DNA from: Mobula hypostoma
Taxonomy: Eukaryota
Assembly (NCBI RefSeq): GCF_963921235.1
Contig: NC_086125.1
Location: 7,750,001 to 7,814,000, forward strand
DNA: 64,000 nucleotides
Reading direction: 5' to 3'
Part shown: positions 48,720-60,399 of the stretch, one piece after another
How positions within the stretch are numbered: the stretch's first letter is position 1
Layout of the letters: every line of letters begins with the position of its first letter
Notes under the pieces: generated by a model
Databases searched by the model: none
The model's input: the letters and a program-made list of their open reading frames with translations, nothing else
What the model was told of the DNA's origin: nothing
Position numbers and translations under genes: made by a program

Positions 48720-48810
48720 AGTAAAGAGGTGGCAGCGTTTCCGGGTTGGAAGTTCCGCGGAATTCCCCCCTCCCCTTCGGGCAGTGACTCGGGCTCTTTT
48801 TTTTAACATT
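48720..48810 (-). promoter_or_regulatory. Proximal promoter: two kB-type sites, STAT-type palindrome, GC/KLF box, ETS-like and AP-1-like motifs
   Basis: TGGAAGTTCC 48747-48756; GGAATTCCCC 48759-48768 (= GGGGAATTCC on minus); TTCCGCGGAA 48753-48762; GGGGAGGGGGG; CCGGAAA; TGACTCG 48785-48791. All lie about 140-180 nt upstream of the ATG. Confidence 0.6.
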
Positions 48811-49244
48811 CGGACAACTACTGTTGTTGTATCACTACTGATCGACTAGTAAAACTTCGGTTCATGAATATGAATACCTTGCTTTTCTGGAACACGACAA
48901 GTTTGTGCACTGTGCAAAATACGCAGTTTGTTGCCACTTATACAGTTCAACTCTCAACATCAGCTCTGAATCTCTTAATCTCTTTTTTTCCCCCCGGAAT
49001 TTGGAATAATATAATGAAATAGATTGTGAAAACCTTCATTTCCGACTCTGAATTTATTTGCTGCATGTCAGGATTCCTTGTTGTAACTTGTTCATTACAC
49101 GTGTTTCGATGCAGCTGTTCAGCATGTCAGATTTTCATCATCCAGATCTGGCAAAATCTTCAACGAATTTCTCTGCTGCTTCGTGATCAGCAGATGCTTT
49201 ATCACCACAAATCTTCAAAAATTTAATGCCGTGCCTTTTCTTAA

Positions 49245-50051
49245 ATTTCTGCAACCAACCTGCCTAATATGCACAAATACCCTCAATTTTCAGTTCGTCC
49301 GGATAGAGCTGTGCTTGTTTCATGATCAGCGTACCGTTAAGTGGCGAACGCTCACACTGACGCTGACGAGTCCACTCTTTCAATACAAACTCAAGATCTT
49401 CATTTTTTTTGGCTTTATATTGTGCTTTCATTACCTTCTGTTCATTACATCTGTGAGGTCACTTCTCAAAACCTTCTGTGATGCACGGAGTCATCTGTGC
49501 CACTTGGCAACTTTCCTAGCGCCTTGCAGAATTTTCCATTTGTGACATCCGGTCAGCTCTCAAAACAATTTCGGATTTCGGAGGTTTTCAGAGTTTGGAA
49601 TTTCGTATAAGGGGTACTCATCCAGTGGTTGGTTAGAACGGTACTGTCATTATGCAGAATGAGAGGTCACTCTGTGTTTGGCATGTGGATACTGTGCGCC
49701 ACTCATTCTCAAACTTCTTGTCAGTGTGGTATTTTAGCTTTAACCATGCACAATTTATGTTTCCCCTTCCCTTCTATATTCTGGCTATCTTCACTCTGTT
49801 TCCTCAGACCTACTGTAAGATCTTGGCCTGAAATTATGACCATTACTTTGCCTCCACCAATGCTGCTTGACCCTCTGAGTTCTTACAGTACTTTATTTTA
49901 TTTCTGCAACCAACCTGCTTAAAATTCACAATTGCCTTCAATTTTCAGTTTGTCATGATAGATCTTTTCTTGTTTCATGATCAACATGCTGTTAACTGGT
50001 TCACTCTGACGCTGATGAATCCACTCTTTCAATACACGATCAAGATCTTCA
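49245..50051 (+). repeat. Local direct duplication of ~155 bp (49245-49402 and 49900-50051)
   Basis: Both copies run ATTTCTGCAACCAACCTGC...CCACTCTTTCAATAC...CAAGATCTTCA. Confidence 0.85.
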
Positions 50052-50666
50052 AATGCTGGGGAGGGTTTAAACTAATTTGGAAGCAGGTTGGGAACCGGAG
50101 TGAAGGGACTCGGGATAGGACGAATGGTAAAAAAAGACAAAGATAGCGTACAGTCAGACTGTCAGGAAGGACAGGCAGATGATAGGACATAATTGTAGCC
50201 AGCAGGGGGAGGATCAGTGCATCAGGGATGCAGAATGAAAAAGGGTGGCAAATGCAGTACTCAGTGTTGTATCTAAATGCGTGCAGTATAGGATGATTTT
50301 GTTGCAATGTTACAGATTGCCAGGTATGATTTTGTGGTCATCACTGAATTGTGGCTGAAGGATGGCTGTAGTTGAGAGCTGAATGTCCTAGGTTACACGT
50401 TGTATTGGAGGGATAGGAAAGTAGGCAGAGGGGGTGGCATGGCTTTGCTTGTAATGAATAGCATCAAATCAGCAGAAAGATGTGACATAGGATCAGAAGA
50501 TGTTGAATCCTTGTGGGTTGAGTTAAGAAACTGCAAGGGTAAAAGGACCCTGATGGCAGTTATGCACAGACCTCCTAACAGTAGTTGGGATGTGGATCAC
50601 AGAAAATAGAAAAGGTGTGTCAAAAAGACAATGTGATGATAGTCATGGGAGATTTCAACATGCAGG

Positions 50667-53156
50667 TGTCATGATCCAGTCTGTGAAATCCGCATTCCGG
50701 TTCACAGTCTGGTCCACGTTCCGCATTCCAGGTTTTCCAGTTTTCCCCAGTTTCTGTTGAGGCAGCTGATTCTCGTTTGGGCTGGCTTCATAAATAGCTT
50801 CAGGATTCAGCCTCTGATTGATGTGTGGAGGTGGGAGAAGTGCCTCTGTACTTAAGATGAATTCAGCTGGCCCTGCAGTATTGAGCAAAGCTAAATGGAT
50901 TCCATCACAGCTGTCCACCAAAGTGTCTTTTGCAGGGGAAGTCGGAGTGCCAAAGTAAAATTAAAAGATACCCATTTTTAGATGTGGTTAATAACTGGGC
51001 TGTGAAATTGAAACTGACTGAGGAAGACATAGCTGACCAAATTTACTTGCCACCCATCCCTTTTTGGCTCCTTCCAGAACTGGAAGTAGACCTATTCCTC
51101 CTTTTTCAGCTTCAAGGAAGCAGTGCAATTTCATCAGCATTGATCACAAATGAATATTTAAATAATAAATGGGGATCTTATCTGAAGATTTTTACTGATG
51201 GCTCAGTGGACCCAGAGAGCAGTAGGGCAGGATTTGGGATGTATGTGTCTCAACTTGGAGTTGAGATTGGTCACCGGGTTTCAGATGGTGTTTCTGTCTT
51301 TGCAACAGAATTACTAGCAATCCTCTGGGCTTTATGGTGGATAGAAGACTCTCAACCACGTAGCGTTATCATCTGTTTGGATTCTGCTGCTGCCTTAGAG
51401 GCTATAAAAAGGAATAAATCAAAAGCTCGTCCTGACATAGTTGTTGAGATTCTCTTAGTGTTGTTTAGAGTAGGGAAGATGGGTTGTGCAGTTAGATTTT
51501 CATGGATACCTGGGCATGCTGGGGTGGAAGGAAATGAAATTGTGGATGGCATTGCAAAGTCTTCCTTACAGAGCAGGCAAGTAGAAATTAGAGTTCCCCT
51601 AGGCAGAGCAGAATTGAGAAGTAGGATTAAAAAAGGTATAGAGAAGTGGGAGGAGGATTGGAAAAATGAATTGACGGCAGGCATTATTTTTCTAGTCACC
51701 CACTAGTTAAAAAGGTCTCAGACTGTTACCTTTTAAGTCATAGAGATGTGGTGAAATTAACAAGACTTAGATCGGGGCATCGTGGGTTAAACTATTATCT
51801 AAAGATAATAGGAAAACATCCTACTGGATTATGTGACTGTGGTAGTCCAGAGACAGTCCAGCATGTTTTGTTGAGCTGTAATCGATACAAAATTGAAAGA
51901 AGCATGTTGTTCAAGAGGCTAGCTGGCTTAAGTTTATTTTGGTTTTCTATTAAATCTTTGTTTGGCCATCAAGAGAATCAACATCTGATTGAAGAGTTTA
52001 TTTTTCAGTTTATACGTGAGACTAGGTTGCATTCGAGAATTTGAGTTCCTTGAAGTTCTATAATTAATTATACATCCTGCGGAGGGCTGTAATATGCCTA
52101 GATGTGTCTAATCAGCCAGAAATAGAAGAAGAAGAAGAAGTCGCCGCCTCTGGTTGCTGGATTGTTCCTGTCTATACCCCCGTCTGAATCCCTTCCCTTC
52201 CTTCTGTTGCCTCGCCTTCTCTGAAGCCTTGCCTCGCCTGAAGCCCTGCCCTGCCTGTAACCCTCACCTGCACCTCTGTCAAGTTCAATTGCTGGAGCAA
52301 GATAAGGAACTGTCTATCGTTGTTTTGAACTGTTTCTGTGTCTACGCCTTCGCTAGGTAGGTCCGGCCATTTGCTGCTACCTAGTGTTGGGATCTGTCTT
52401 TGTGTCCTCGCCTTTGCTAGGTAGGTCCGGCCGATTGCCGCTACCTAGTGTTGGGATCTGTCTTTGTGTCCTCACCTTTGCTAGGTAGGTCCAGCTGTCT
52501 GCCACTGCCTTGTGTTGGGAACCACCTCGTTGTATTCTGCATTCTGTGTAATGAGTCCCGGCCCTACGTCCTGTACCCAAGGAGGGGTCCCAGCTCTGCT
52601 TTCCATGTTCCTGTCTCTTCCTTGACCAAGGCTCTGTGTTCCTGTCTCTCCCTCAACCAAGTCAAAGCTTCAGGGTCTCATCCAATCCTAGCCACGATCC
52701 AAGAACCTTGTCCTGTCCAAGCCATGGCTTTGTATTCTCGTCTCGTCCATGTGTCTCGCCCAGCCCGGTGCTGAGGTTCCCTTGTCCTCTCCAGGAGTCT
52801 CACATCCAGTCCTGTTGCCCCTCCTCGTTCTGTAGCCATGTCTTGTCCCTGCCTAGATGCGGGGTCCGAGCCCGAGTCAAGACCCAGGTTTCTGGTCCTT
52901 ATTCAGTCTCTGGCTTGGAGTCCAAGCCCAGGCTCTTAGTTCCTACTTCCATGTTCTGGTTCCGCTATCCTAGTCAAGTCCTAGCCCAGGTCCTGTATCC
53001 TTGTCTCGTCCCAGGCCTGTGTCATGTCCAATGTCCTTTCTTCCCCACTTCTCTTGCTTAACTCTAGTCCTAGTCCTGATCCTTGTTCTTCAGTGTCTGT
53101 GTCTTGCATTTGCGTCCGCTCCCAGTGCACCCCCCCCCCCCCCCCACATTATGACA
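50667..53156 (+). mobile_element. Solo LTR of the 3033-5157 family, containing a Nimb/I insertion
   Basis: TGTCATG...TATGACA ends, TSD GCAGG (50662-50666 / 53157-53161), ~62-bp internal tandem repeats at 52330-52520. Confidence 0.88.
50817..52140 (+). mobile_element. 5'-truncated I-clade (Nimb-like) LINE with RNase H
   Basis: IFTDGS...ATELLAI...ICLDS...WIPGHAGVEGNE.VD (RNase H), LTRLRSGH and a C-terminal CCHC knuckle (LCDCG...HVLLSC), (GAA)n tail. Confidence 0.88.
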
Positions 53157-55954
53157 GCAGGTCGATTGGGGAAAATCAGGCTGGTAGTGGATCTCAAGAC
53201 AGAGTTTGTTGAATGCCTAAGAGATAGGTTTTTAGAGCAGTTTGCCATTGAGTCTCTAGGGGATCAGCTATACTGGATTGGGCGTTATGCAATGAACTGG
53301 AGGTGATTAGAGGGTTTAAGGTAAAAGAACTCTTAGAAGTCAGTGATCAAAATATGATTGAGTTCAGCTTGAAATTTGATAGGGAGAAAGTAAAGTCTGA
53401 CTTAGCAGTATTTCAGTGGAGTAAAGGAAATTACAGTGGTATGAGAGAGGAGTCGGCCAAAGTTAATTGGACGGAGGTGCTGACAGGGATGACAGCAGAG
53501 CAGCAATGGCGTGAGTTTCTGAGAAAAATAAGGAAAGTGTAGTGTAGATGTATTCCAAAAACAAAGAAATACTCAAATGGCAAAACAAATGGCAGACAAG
53601 GGAAGTCAAAGCTAATGTAAAAGCAAAAGAGTGGGCATACAACGAAGTAAAAATTAGTGGGAAGACAGAGGATTGGAAAGTTTTTAAAAACCTACAGAGA
53701 GCAACTAAAAGAATCATTAGGAGGGAAAAGGTGAAATGTGAAAGCAAGTTAGCAATAGTAAAAGCTTTTTCAAGCATGTAAAAAAATAAATAAAAGAGAG
53801 ATGAGTGGATATATGACCACTAGAAAATGAGACCGGAGAAATAATAATAGGGGACAAGGAGATGGCTGATGAACTAAATGAGTGTCTTGCATCACTCTTC
53901 ACTGTGGAAGATACCAGCAGTGTTGAAGTGTGTGAAGGAAGAGAAGTGAGTGCAGTTACCATTACAAGGGAGATGGTGCTCTAAAAGCTGAAAGACCTAA
54001 GGGTACATAAGTTACCCGGAACAGATAAACTGCACCCTGAGGTTCTGAAAGAGGTAGCGGTAGAGATTATGGAGGCATTAGAAATGATCTTTCAAAAATA
54101 ATTAGACTTTGGTATCCTGTAACACCACTCTTTAGGAAAGGAGGAAGGCAGCAGAAAGGAAGCTATAGACCAGTTAGCCTGACTTCAACGGTTGGGAAGA
54201 TGTTGGAGTCAATTGTTAAGCATAAGGTTATTGGGTACTTGGTAACACAGGACAAGATAGGACAAAGTCAACATGGTTTCCTTAAGGGAAAATCTTGCCT
54301 GACGAACCTATTGGAATTCTTTGAGGAGATTACAAGTAGGATAGATAAAAGGGATGCAGTGGATGTTGTATATTTGGACTTTCAGAAGGCCTTTGACAAG
54401 TTGCCACACATGAGGCTGCTTACCAAGTTAAGAGCCCATGGTATTACAGGAAAGTTACTGGCATGGTTAGAGCATTGGCTGATTGGTAGGAGGCAAAGAG
54501 TGGGAATAAAGGATCCTTTCTCTGGTTGGCTGCCAGTGACTAGTGGTGTTGGGACCACTAGCCACAATATTAATGAATTAGATCATGAAATAGATGGCTT
54601 TGTTGCCAAGTTTGCAGATGATAAGATGATTAGTGGAGGGGCAAGTAGTGTTGAGGAAACAGGTAGGCTGCAGAAGGACTTGGACAGATTAGGAGAATGG
54701 GCAGGAGGGTGGCAAATAAAATACAACGTTGGAAAATGCATGGTCATGCACTTTGGTAGTAGAAATAAATGTGCAGACTATTTTCTAAACAGGGAGAAAA
54801 TCCAAAAATCTGAGATGCAAAGGCACTTGGGAGTCCTTGTGTAGAACATCCTAAAGGTTAACTTGTAGGTAGAGTCAGTGAGAGGAAGGTAAATGCAATG
54901 TTAGCATTCATTTCAAGAGGTTTAGAATACAATAGCAAGGATGTGATGCTGAGGCTTTACAATACAGTAACAATTATGGTGATTTTCAACATTTATATTT
55001 GGAAATCCTGATACTCCACTATCTGGAATGCAGTGTATTTGGCCAGAGGCATGGGTCAGGAATGCAGGCTGAGCTAGTGGACCAGGACGACCCACTATAG
55101 GAATGATGTTGAGGCTTTGGAGAGGGTGCAGAAGAGGTTTAGCAGGATGCTGCCTGGTTTAGAGGGCATGTACTATCATGAGAAGCTGGATAAACTTGTG
55201 GTGTTTTCTCTGGAACGGCAGAGGCTGAGGGGAGATCTGATAGAGGTTTACAAGATTATGAGAGGCACAGACAGAGTAGACAGAGAGTGTCTGTTTCCTA
55301 GGGTTGAAATGTCTAATACCAGAGGGCATACACTGAAGGTGAGAAGGGGTAGTTTCAAAGGGGAAGTGAGCAGCAAGTTTTTTTACTCAGGGACTAGTGG
55401 ATACCTGGAATGCGCTACCTGGTATGGTGGTAGAGGCAAACATATTAGAGGCTTTTAGGAGAGATTTAGATAGGCACAAGGAGGTAAGGAAGATGGAAGG
55501 TTATGGGCATTGTGTAGGGAGGAGGGATGAGTGTTTGGAAGTTTTTAATTTGCTCTTTAGCTGGTTTGGTACAACATTGTGGGCTGAAGGGTCTGTTTCC
55601 GTGCTGTACTGTTCTGTGCTCTATTAAGTTCACTGGAAAAGGTATTATACTATTGTGTAAATATAAAAGGTGAAATAAAATTGTTTGGATTTTGGGAGTA
55701 ATATCCAATAGCCCAGCAAATCTGTTCGTCTGCCACCACCAAATTCCTGAAGGTGCCAAATTATTGGGATCTGGTCAATAAGACGAATGGTAGGACCCAG
55801 CGGCAGTAAGAGCGGTCCCAGTCTGGAGAGGGTCAGGACCTCGGTCCGAGCTGGATCTGGAGCTGATAAGACGAGCTGTAGGACCCAGTGGAAAAGACGA
55901 CTGTCCACTAAGATCTTTTAGAAGCCCACTGACTCTCATAACTACCTCAACTAT

Positions 55955-57130
55955 ACCTCTTCCCACCCTGCAACATGCAAAAATGCCATTCCCTATTCCC
56001 AGTTCCTCCATCTCCGTCGCATCTGCTCCCAGGATGAGGCTTTCCATTCCACGATATCACAAATGTCCTCTTTCTTTAAGGATCATGGTTTCTCTTCTGC
56101 CGTCATCAATGATGCCCTCACCCGCATCTCCTCCATTTCCCGCACTTCGGCCCTCACCCCATCCTCCCACCAGCACAACAGGGACAGAGTTCCCATTGTC
56201 CTCACCTACCACTCCACCAGCCTCCAGTTCCAGCACATTATCCTCTGCAACTTCTGCCACCTTCGACAGGACCCCACCACTAAGCACATCATTCTCTCTC
56301 CACCCCTCCCCGCTTTCCGCAGGGATTGTTCCCTCTGCGACTCCCTGATCCACACGTCCCTCCCCACGGATCTCCCACCCGGCACTTATCCCTGTAAGCG
56401 TAAGTGCTACACCTGTCCCTACACCTCCTCTCTTGCCACCATTCAGGGCCCCAAACAGTCCTTCCAGGTGAGGCAACACTTCACTTGTGAGTCTGTTGGG
56501 GTCATCTATTGCATCCGGTGCTCCCGGTGCGGCCTCCTCTACATTGGTGAAACCCGACGCAGATTGGGGGACCGCTTCGTCGAGCACCTCTGCTCCATCC
56601 GCCATAACAGACAGGATCTTCCGGTTGCCACCCACTTCAACTCTGCTTCACATTCCCATTCGGATATGTCCATACATGGCCTTCTCTACTGCCATGATGA
56701 GACTAAACTTAGGTTGGAGGAGCAACACCTCATATACCATCTGGGTAGTCTCCAGCCCCTTGGTATGAACATGGAGTTCTCCAATTTCCGTTAATTCCCT
56801 CCCCCTCTCCCCCAGCTGCCCACTACCTCCCTCATGGTTCCGCCTCCTTCTACTACCCATTGTGCTTTCCCCTATTCCTTCTTCACCTTTCCTGTCTATC
56901 TCCTCCCTGCCTCCCCTCCCCCACCACTTGATCTTTCCCCTTACTGGTTTTTCACCTGGTACCTACCAGCCTTCTCCTTCCCACCCTCCCCCCACCTTCT
57001 TTATAGGGCCTCTGCCCCTCCCTCTTCAGTCCTGACGAAGGTTTCCAGCCCAAATGTTGTCTGTTCTTTTTCCACGGATGCTGCCCGACCTGCTGAATTC
57101 CTTCAGCATGTTGTGAGTGTTGCCAAATTT
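55955..57130 (+). mobile_element. 5'-truncated Penelope-like element with GIY-YIG endonuclease (ORF 56063-56794)
   Basis: VIYCIRCSRCGLLYIGET.R.LGDRFVEH...PVA.HFN; pyrimidine tract, decayed hammerhead at 57027-57063, and tail. Confidence 0.92.
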
Positions 57131-57813
57131 TTGGAATATTTACTGGAGTTTCTGTATGCCAGAGGCGGAGGAGGTGAATGTTTTATACAACAGACAGCGG
57201 TGTGCTAACCTAGCAAACTGGGCTGTTCTGGTGATGTTGGAATATCTTACCTTCTTTTTTAATTAATTTTTGGGATCTGGGTGCTGCTGGAAAGGCCAGA
57301 ATTTAATACCATTTTCTAATTAACCTCGAGAAAGGGTTACAAGACACCAACTGAAGCCGCCGTGATTTTTCCGATGAAGGCATCCCTTGACATCCATTTC
57401 AGATTGATCACTTGAAGGAACAGTTGAAGAGAGCAGTGTTTATATATGCCTGCTACCCTTCTTTATCTTGGTACAAGGGTTGCAGTTTTTGGAAGATGAT
57501 GTTGAAGAAGTCTAGGTGAATTAGTGCAGACAGCACTGATCATAAACAATATGACAAATAATGAACAAATGGATCATGAACATCTGGTAAACAAGCAGAC
57601 AAAAAATAATTATTTCATTCAGTTTTCTGGATCTGTGGAGGAGCTGTTGTATTCATTTTCTCTAGATCTAGACCAGCAATGCCAGCATTAATTGTCCTCA
57701 CAAATGTGGTGTTGAGTCAATTTCTAGAACCACTGAAGTCCCTCTGGTGAAGATACTCCCAGAATTCTGTTAAAAAAGTTTCGAGGACTTTGACCCAGTA
57801 ACAATGATACCTC

Positions 57814-58380
57814 TTCTGTGGCCACTTTATTAGATACACCTGTACACCTGCTTTGTTCATGCAAATATCTAATCACCAAATCATGAGGCAGCAACTCAAT
57901 GCATGAAAGCATGCAGACGTAGTCAAGAGGTTCAGTTGTTGTTCAGACCAAATATCAGAATGGGGAAGAAATGTGATCTCAGTGACTTTGACCATAGAAT
58001 GATTGTTGGTGCCAGACGGGGTGATTTGAGTATCTTAGAAGCAGCTGATCTCCTGGGATTTTCATACACGACAGTCCCTAAAATTTATAGAGAATGGTGC
58101 GAAAAACAAAACAGTAAAGAAACATCTAGTAAATAGTAGTTCTTAAAGCAAAAACACCTTGTTAATGACAGAGAAGAATGGCCAGACTGGTTCAAGCTGA
58201 TGGAAAGGCGACAAAAACTCTGATTACCATGCGTTACAATGATGTACAGGAGTATATCTCTGAATGCACAGCACTTTGAACTTTGAAGTGAATGGGCTAC
58301 TGCAGCAGAAGACCACAAACATACTCGCAATGGCCATTTTATTCAGAACTTCCTGTACCTAATATAGTGGCCACTGAGTG
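57814..58380 (+). mobile_element. Tc1-type MITE
   Basis: GTGGCCACTTTATTAG ... GTGGCCACTGAGTG|TA. Confidence 0.85.
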
Positions 58381-58859
58381 TATTTCTAAATCAGATGGAG
58401 TGTGACTTGACAGAGGGGTTTGGTATCATCTTGCTGATGGTGTTCCCAAGGCCTCACACCATTATCTGCTTGGTAGCAGTCAGGGTCGGGAGGTGACAGA
58501 GTAGCCCAGGCATTTTGTAGATGGTTCAGTTTTTGACTGGTGGACGAGAGTATCAATGTTCAGAGTGGTGAATGTGTGGCATTCAGATGTGCAGCTGTGT
58601 TTTCTTTCTGTTTTGTGGAAGTCTGCGAAGTGTAACGATATCAGGTTGAATGTTCTCTGATATTAAGTTGAATCATTTGAACCATTTCTCGGAGTCTTTA
58701 ACGCAGTACTCAATACAAAGATATCTTGATGTTAATCATTGACTTCATCTTTGAAAATCAGCCCTGAAGTGCATATTTGGACCAAGTCTTTTATGAGGTT
58801 GAAGCATTGCAATATGTGATAATGGAGAGGAAAAAACTGTGAATTACATTAAGTATATA

Positions 58860-59538
58860 CTTACTAAACAATTAAATTAAATAAGTAGTGCTAAAATAAA
58901 AATATAGAAAGTAGTTGAGGTAGTGTTCATGGGTTCAATGTCCATTCGGAAATTGGATGGCAGAGGGTAAGAAGCTGTTCCTGAATCATTGAGTGTGTGC
59001 CTTCAGGCTTCTGTACCTCCTTCCTGATGGTAGGAATGAGAACAAGGCATGACCTGGGTGATGGGGGTCCTTAATAATGGACACCACCTTTTTGAAGCAT
59101 TGCTCCTTGAAGATGTTCTAGATACTATGGAGGCTAGTGCCCATGGTAGAGCTTAATCAATTTACAATTCTGCAGCTTATTTTGATCCTATGCAGTAGCC
59201 AACCCCTACCCCGCCTCACCCCACCCCCATACCAGATGGTGATGCAGCCAGTTAAAATGCTCTTCATGGTACATATGTAGAAATTTTTGAGTGTATTTGG
59301 TGACAAACCAAACCTCTTTAAACTCCTAATAAAATATAGCAGTGGTTGTGTCGCCTTTGTAGCTGCATCGATGTGTTGGGCCCAGGTTAGATCTTCCGAG
59401 ATATTGACACCCAGGAATCTGAAACTGCCCACTCTCTTCACTTCTGATCCCTCTGAGGACTGGTCTGTGTTCCCTCATCTGACCGTTTCTGAAGTCCATA
59501 ATCAGTTATTTGGTCTTACTGATGTTGAGTCCAAGTAA
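58860..59538 (-). mobile_element. Rex1/Babar-like LINE 3' part
   Basis: FRFLGVNISEDLTW..HI...LYFIRSLKRFG...SILTGCITIWYG. Confidence 0.8.
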
Positions 59539-60399
59539 TTTCTAGTGATTTTTACAGTTTAGACAGTAATTTGCTGGATTGGAGAGATTTGTTGGAGTGT
59601 TGACAGGACAGTGGTGTAACTGTACTAGAACAGTTTGACTGGAGACACAGCTAGTCCAGAGTCAAAACACTCAACGTAATAATCAGGATGTTAACTGTTC
59701 CTTAACCTTTGCTACATCCAGTCTTCTTGGCCATTTTATACAAAAAGGACTGAATCAAATTAGATAAATCCAGATCCATTTGACACTATGGATTAAACAT
59801 GGTAGCAAATATTTCAGCTTTGTCTTTACCACTCACACACTGGACCCCACCATATCTGCCCATGGGAATATTCTTGAAGTCTCTTTGCTTTAGATAGCTG
59901 ATTAGTGGCCACAATTATCCATGGTTAAGACTGGTAGGATCACAGAGTTTAATCCTAGTATGATGATTGTAAAATAGATTAATTCTGTGTAGGACACACT
60001 TGCCCTTTGCTTAGCTTGTGCTTAGCTAGGTTGAGGTCTTGTTTTTAGCTATACCAAGTGCTGCTGCACTCCCCACTGATGTCCTGAATTCTTAGTAATG
60101 TTACAGTGAAGGATATGCTAGACTGTGTCGTTACAGACTGTGTTGGTGGAATCTGTTGCCATGTGGAGGCCATGTCATTGGGTATATTTAAGGCAGAGTT
60201 CCATAGATTCTTGATTAATCAGAGCATGAAGGGATATGGGGAGAAGGCAGGATTTTAGGGTGTAGAGGGAAAATGGATCAGTCACGATGAAATGACAGAG
60301 CAGACAAAGAGTCAAGGTGCTCGACGAAGCGGTCCCCCAATTTACAACGAGTTTCACCAATGCAGAGGAGGCCATATTGGGAGCACCGAACACAATAGC

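Larger units (their letters stand above)
47690..48830. promoter_or_regulatory. CpG-rich region over promoter, exon 1 and start of intron 1
   Basis: Visibly CpG-dense relative to the CpG-depleted flanks; obs/exp ratio not computed. Confidence 0.6.
50058..55625 (+). mobile_element. CR1 LINE(s): ORF1 end, endonuclease, RT and 3' end; interrupted at 50667-53156
   Basis: RRDRK.GRGGG, MGDFNMQ|VDW continuous across the LTR, QHGFLKGKSC, YLDFQKAFDK, KFADD. The 3' part after ~55075 may be a second CR1. Confidence 0.85.

Noticed and set aside
48558-48809. 83-aa ORF over the promoter (MLKKRARV...)
   Set aside because: It is a different frame from the signal-peptide exon. Only the 48610 ATG frame splices in phase to exon 2.
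16136-57063. Hammerheads at 16136, ~30045, ~35455 and 57027 as active ribozymes
   Set aside because: Core nucleotides are mutated (CUGGUGA, CUGCCAA, CUGCUGA, loss of the GAAA G).
57240-60170. Possible host-gene exons in the 57-60 kb region
   Set aside because: No recognisable protein. The sequence looks like decayed ancient non-LTR fragments plus the MITE and Rex1 pieces, and the family could not be assigned.
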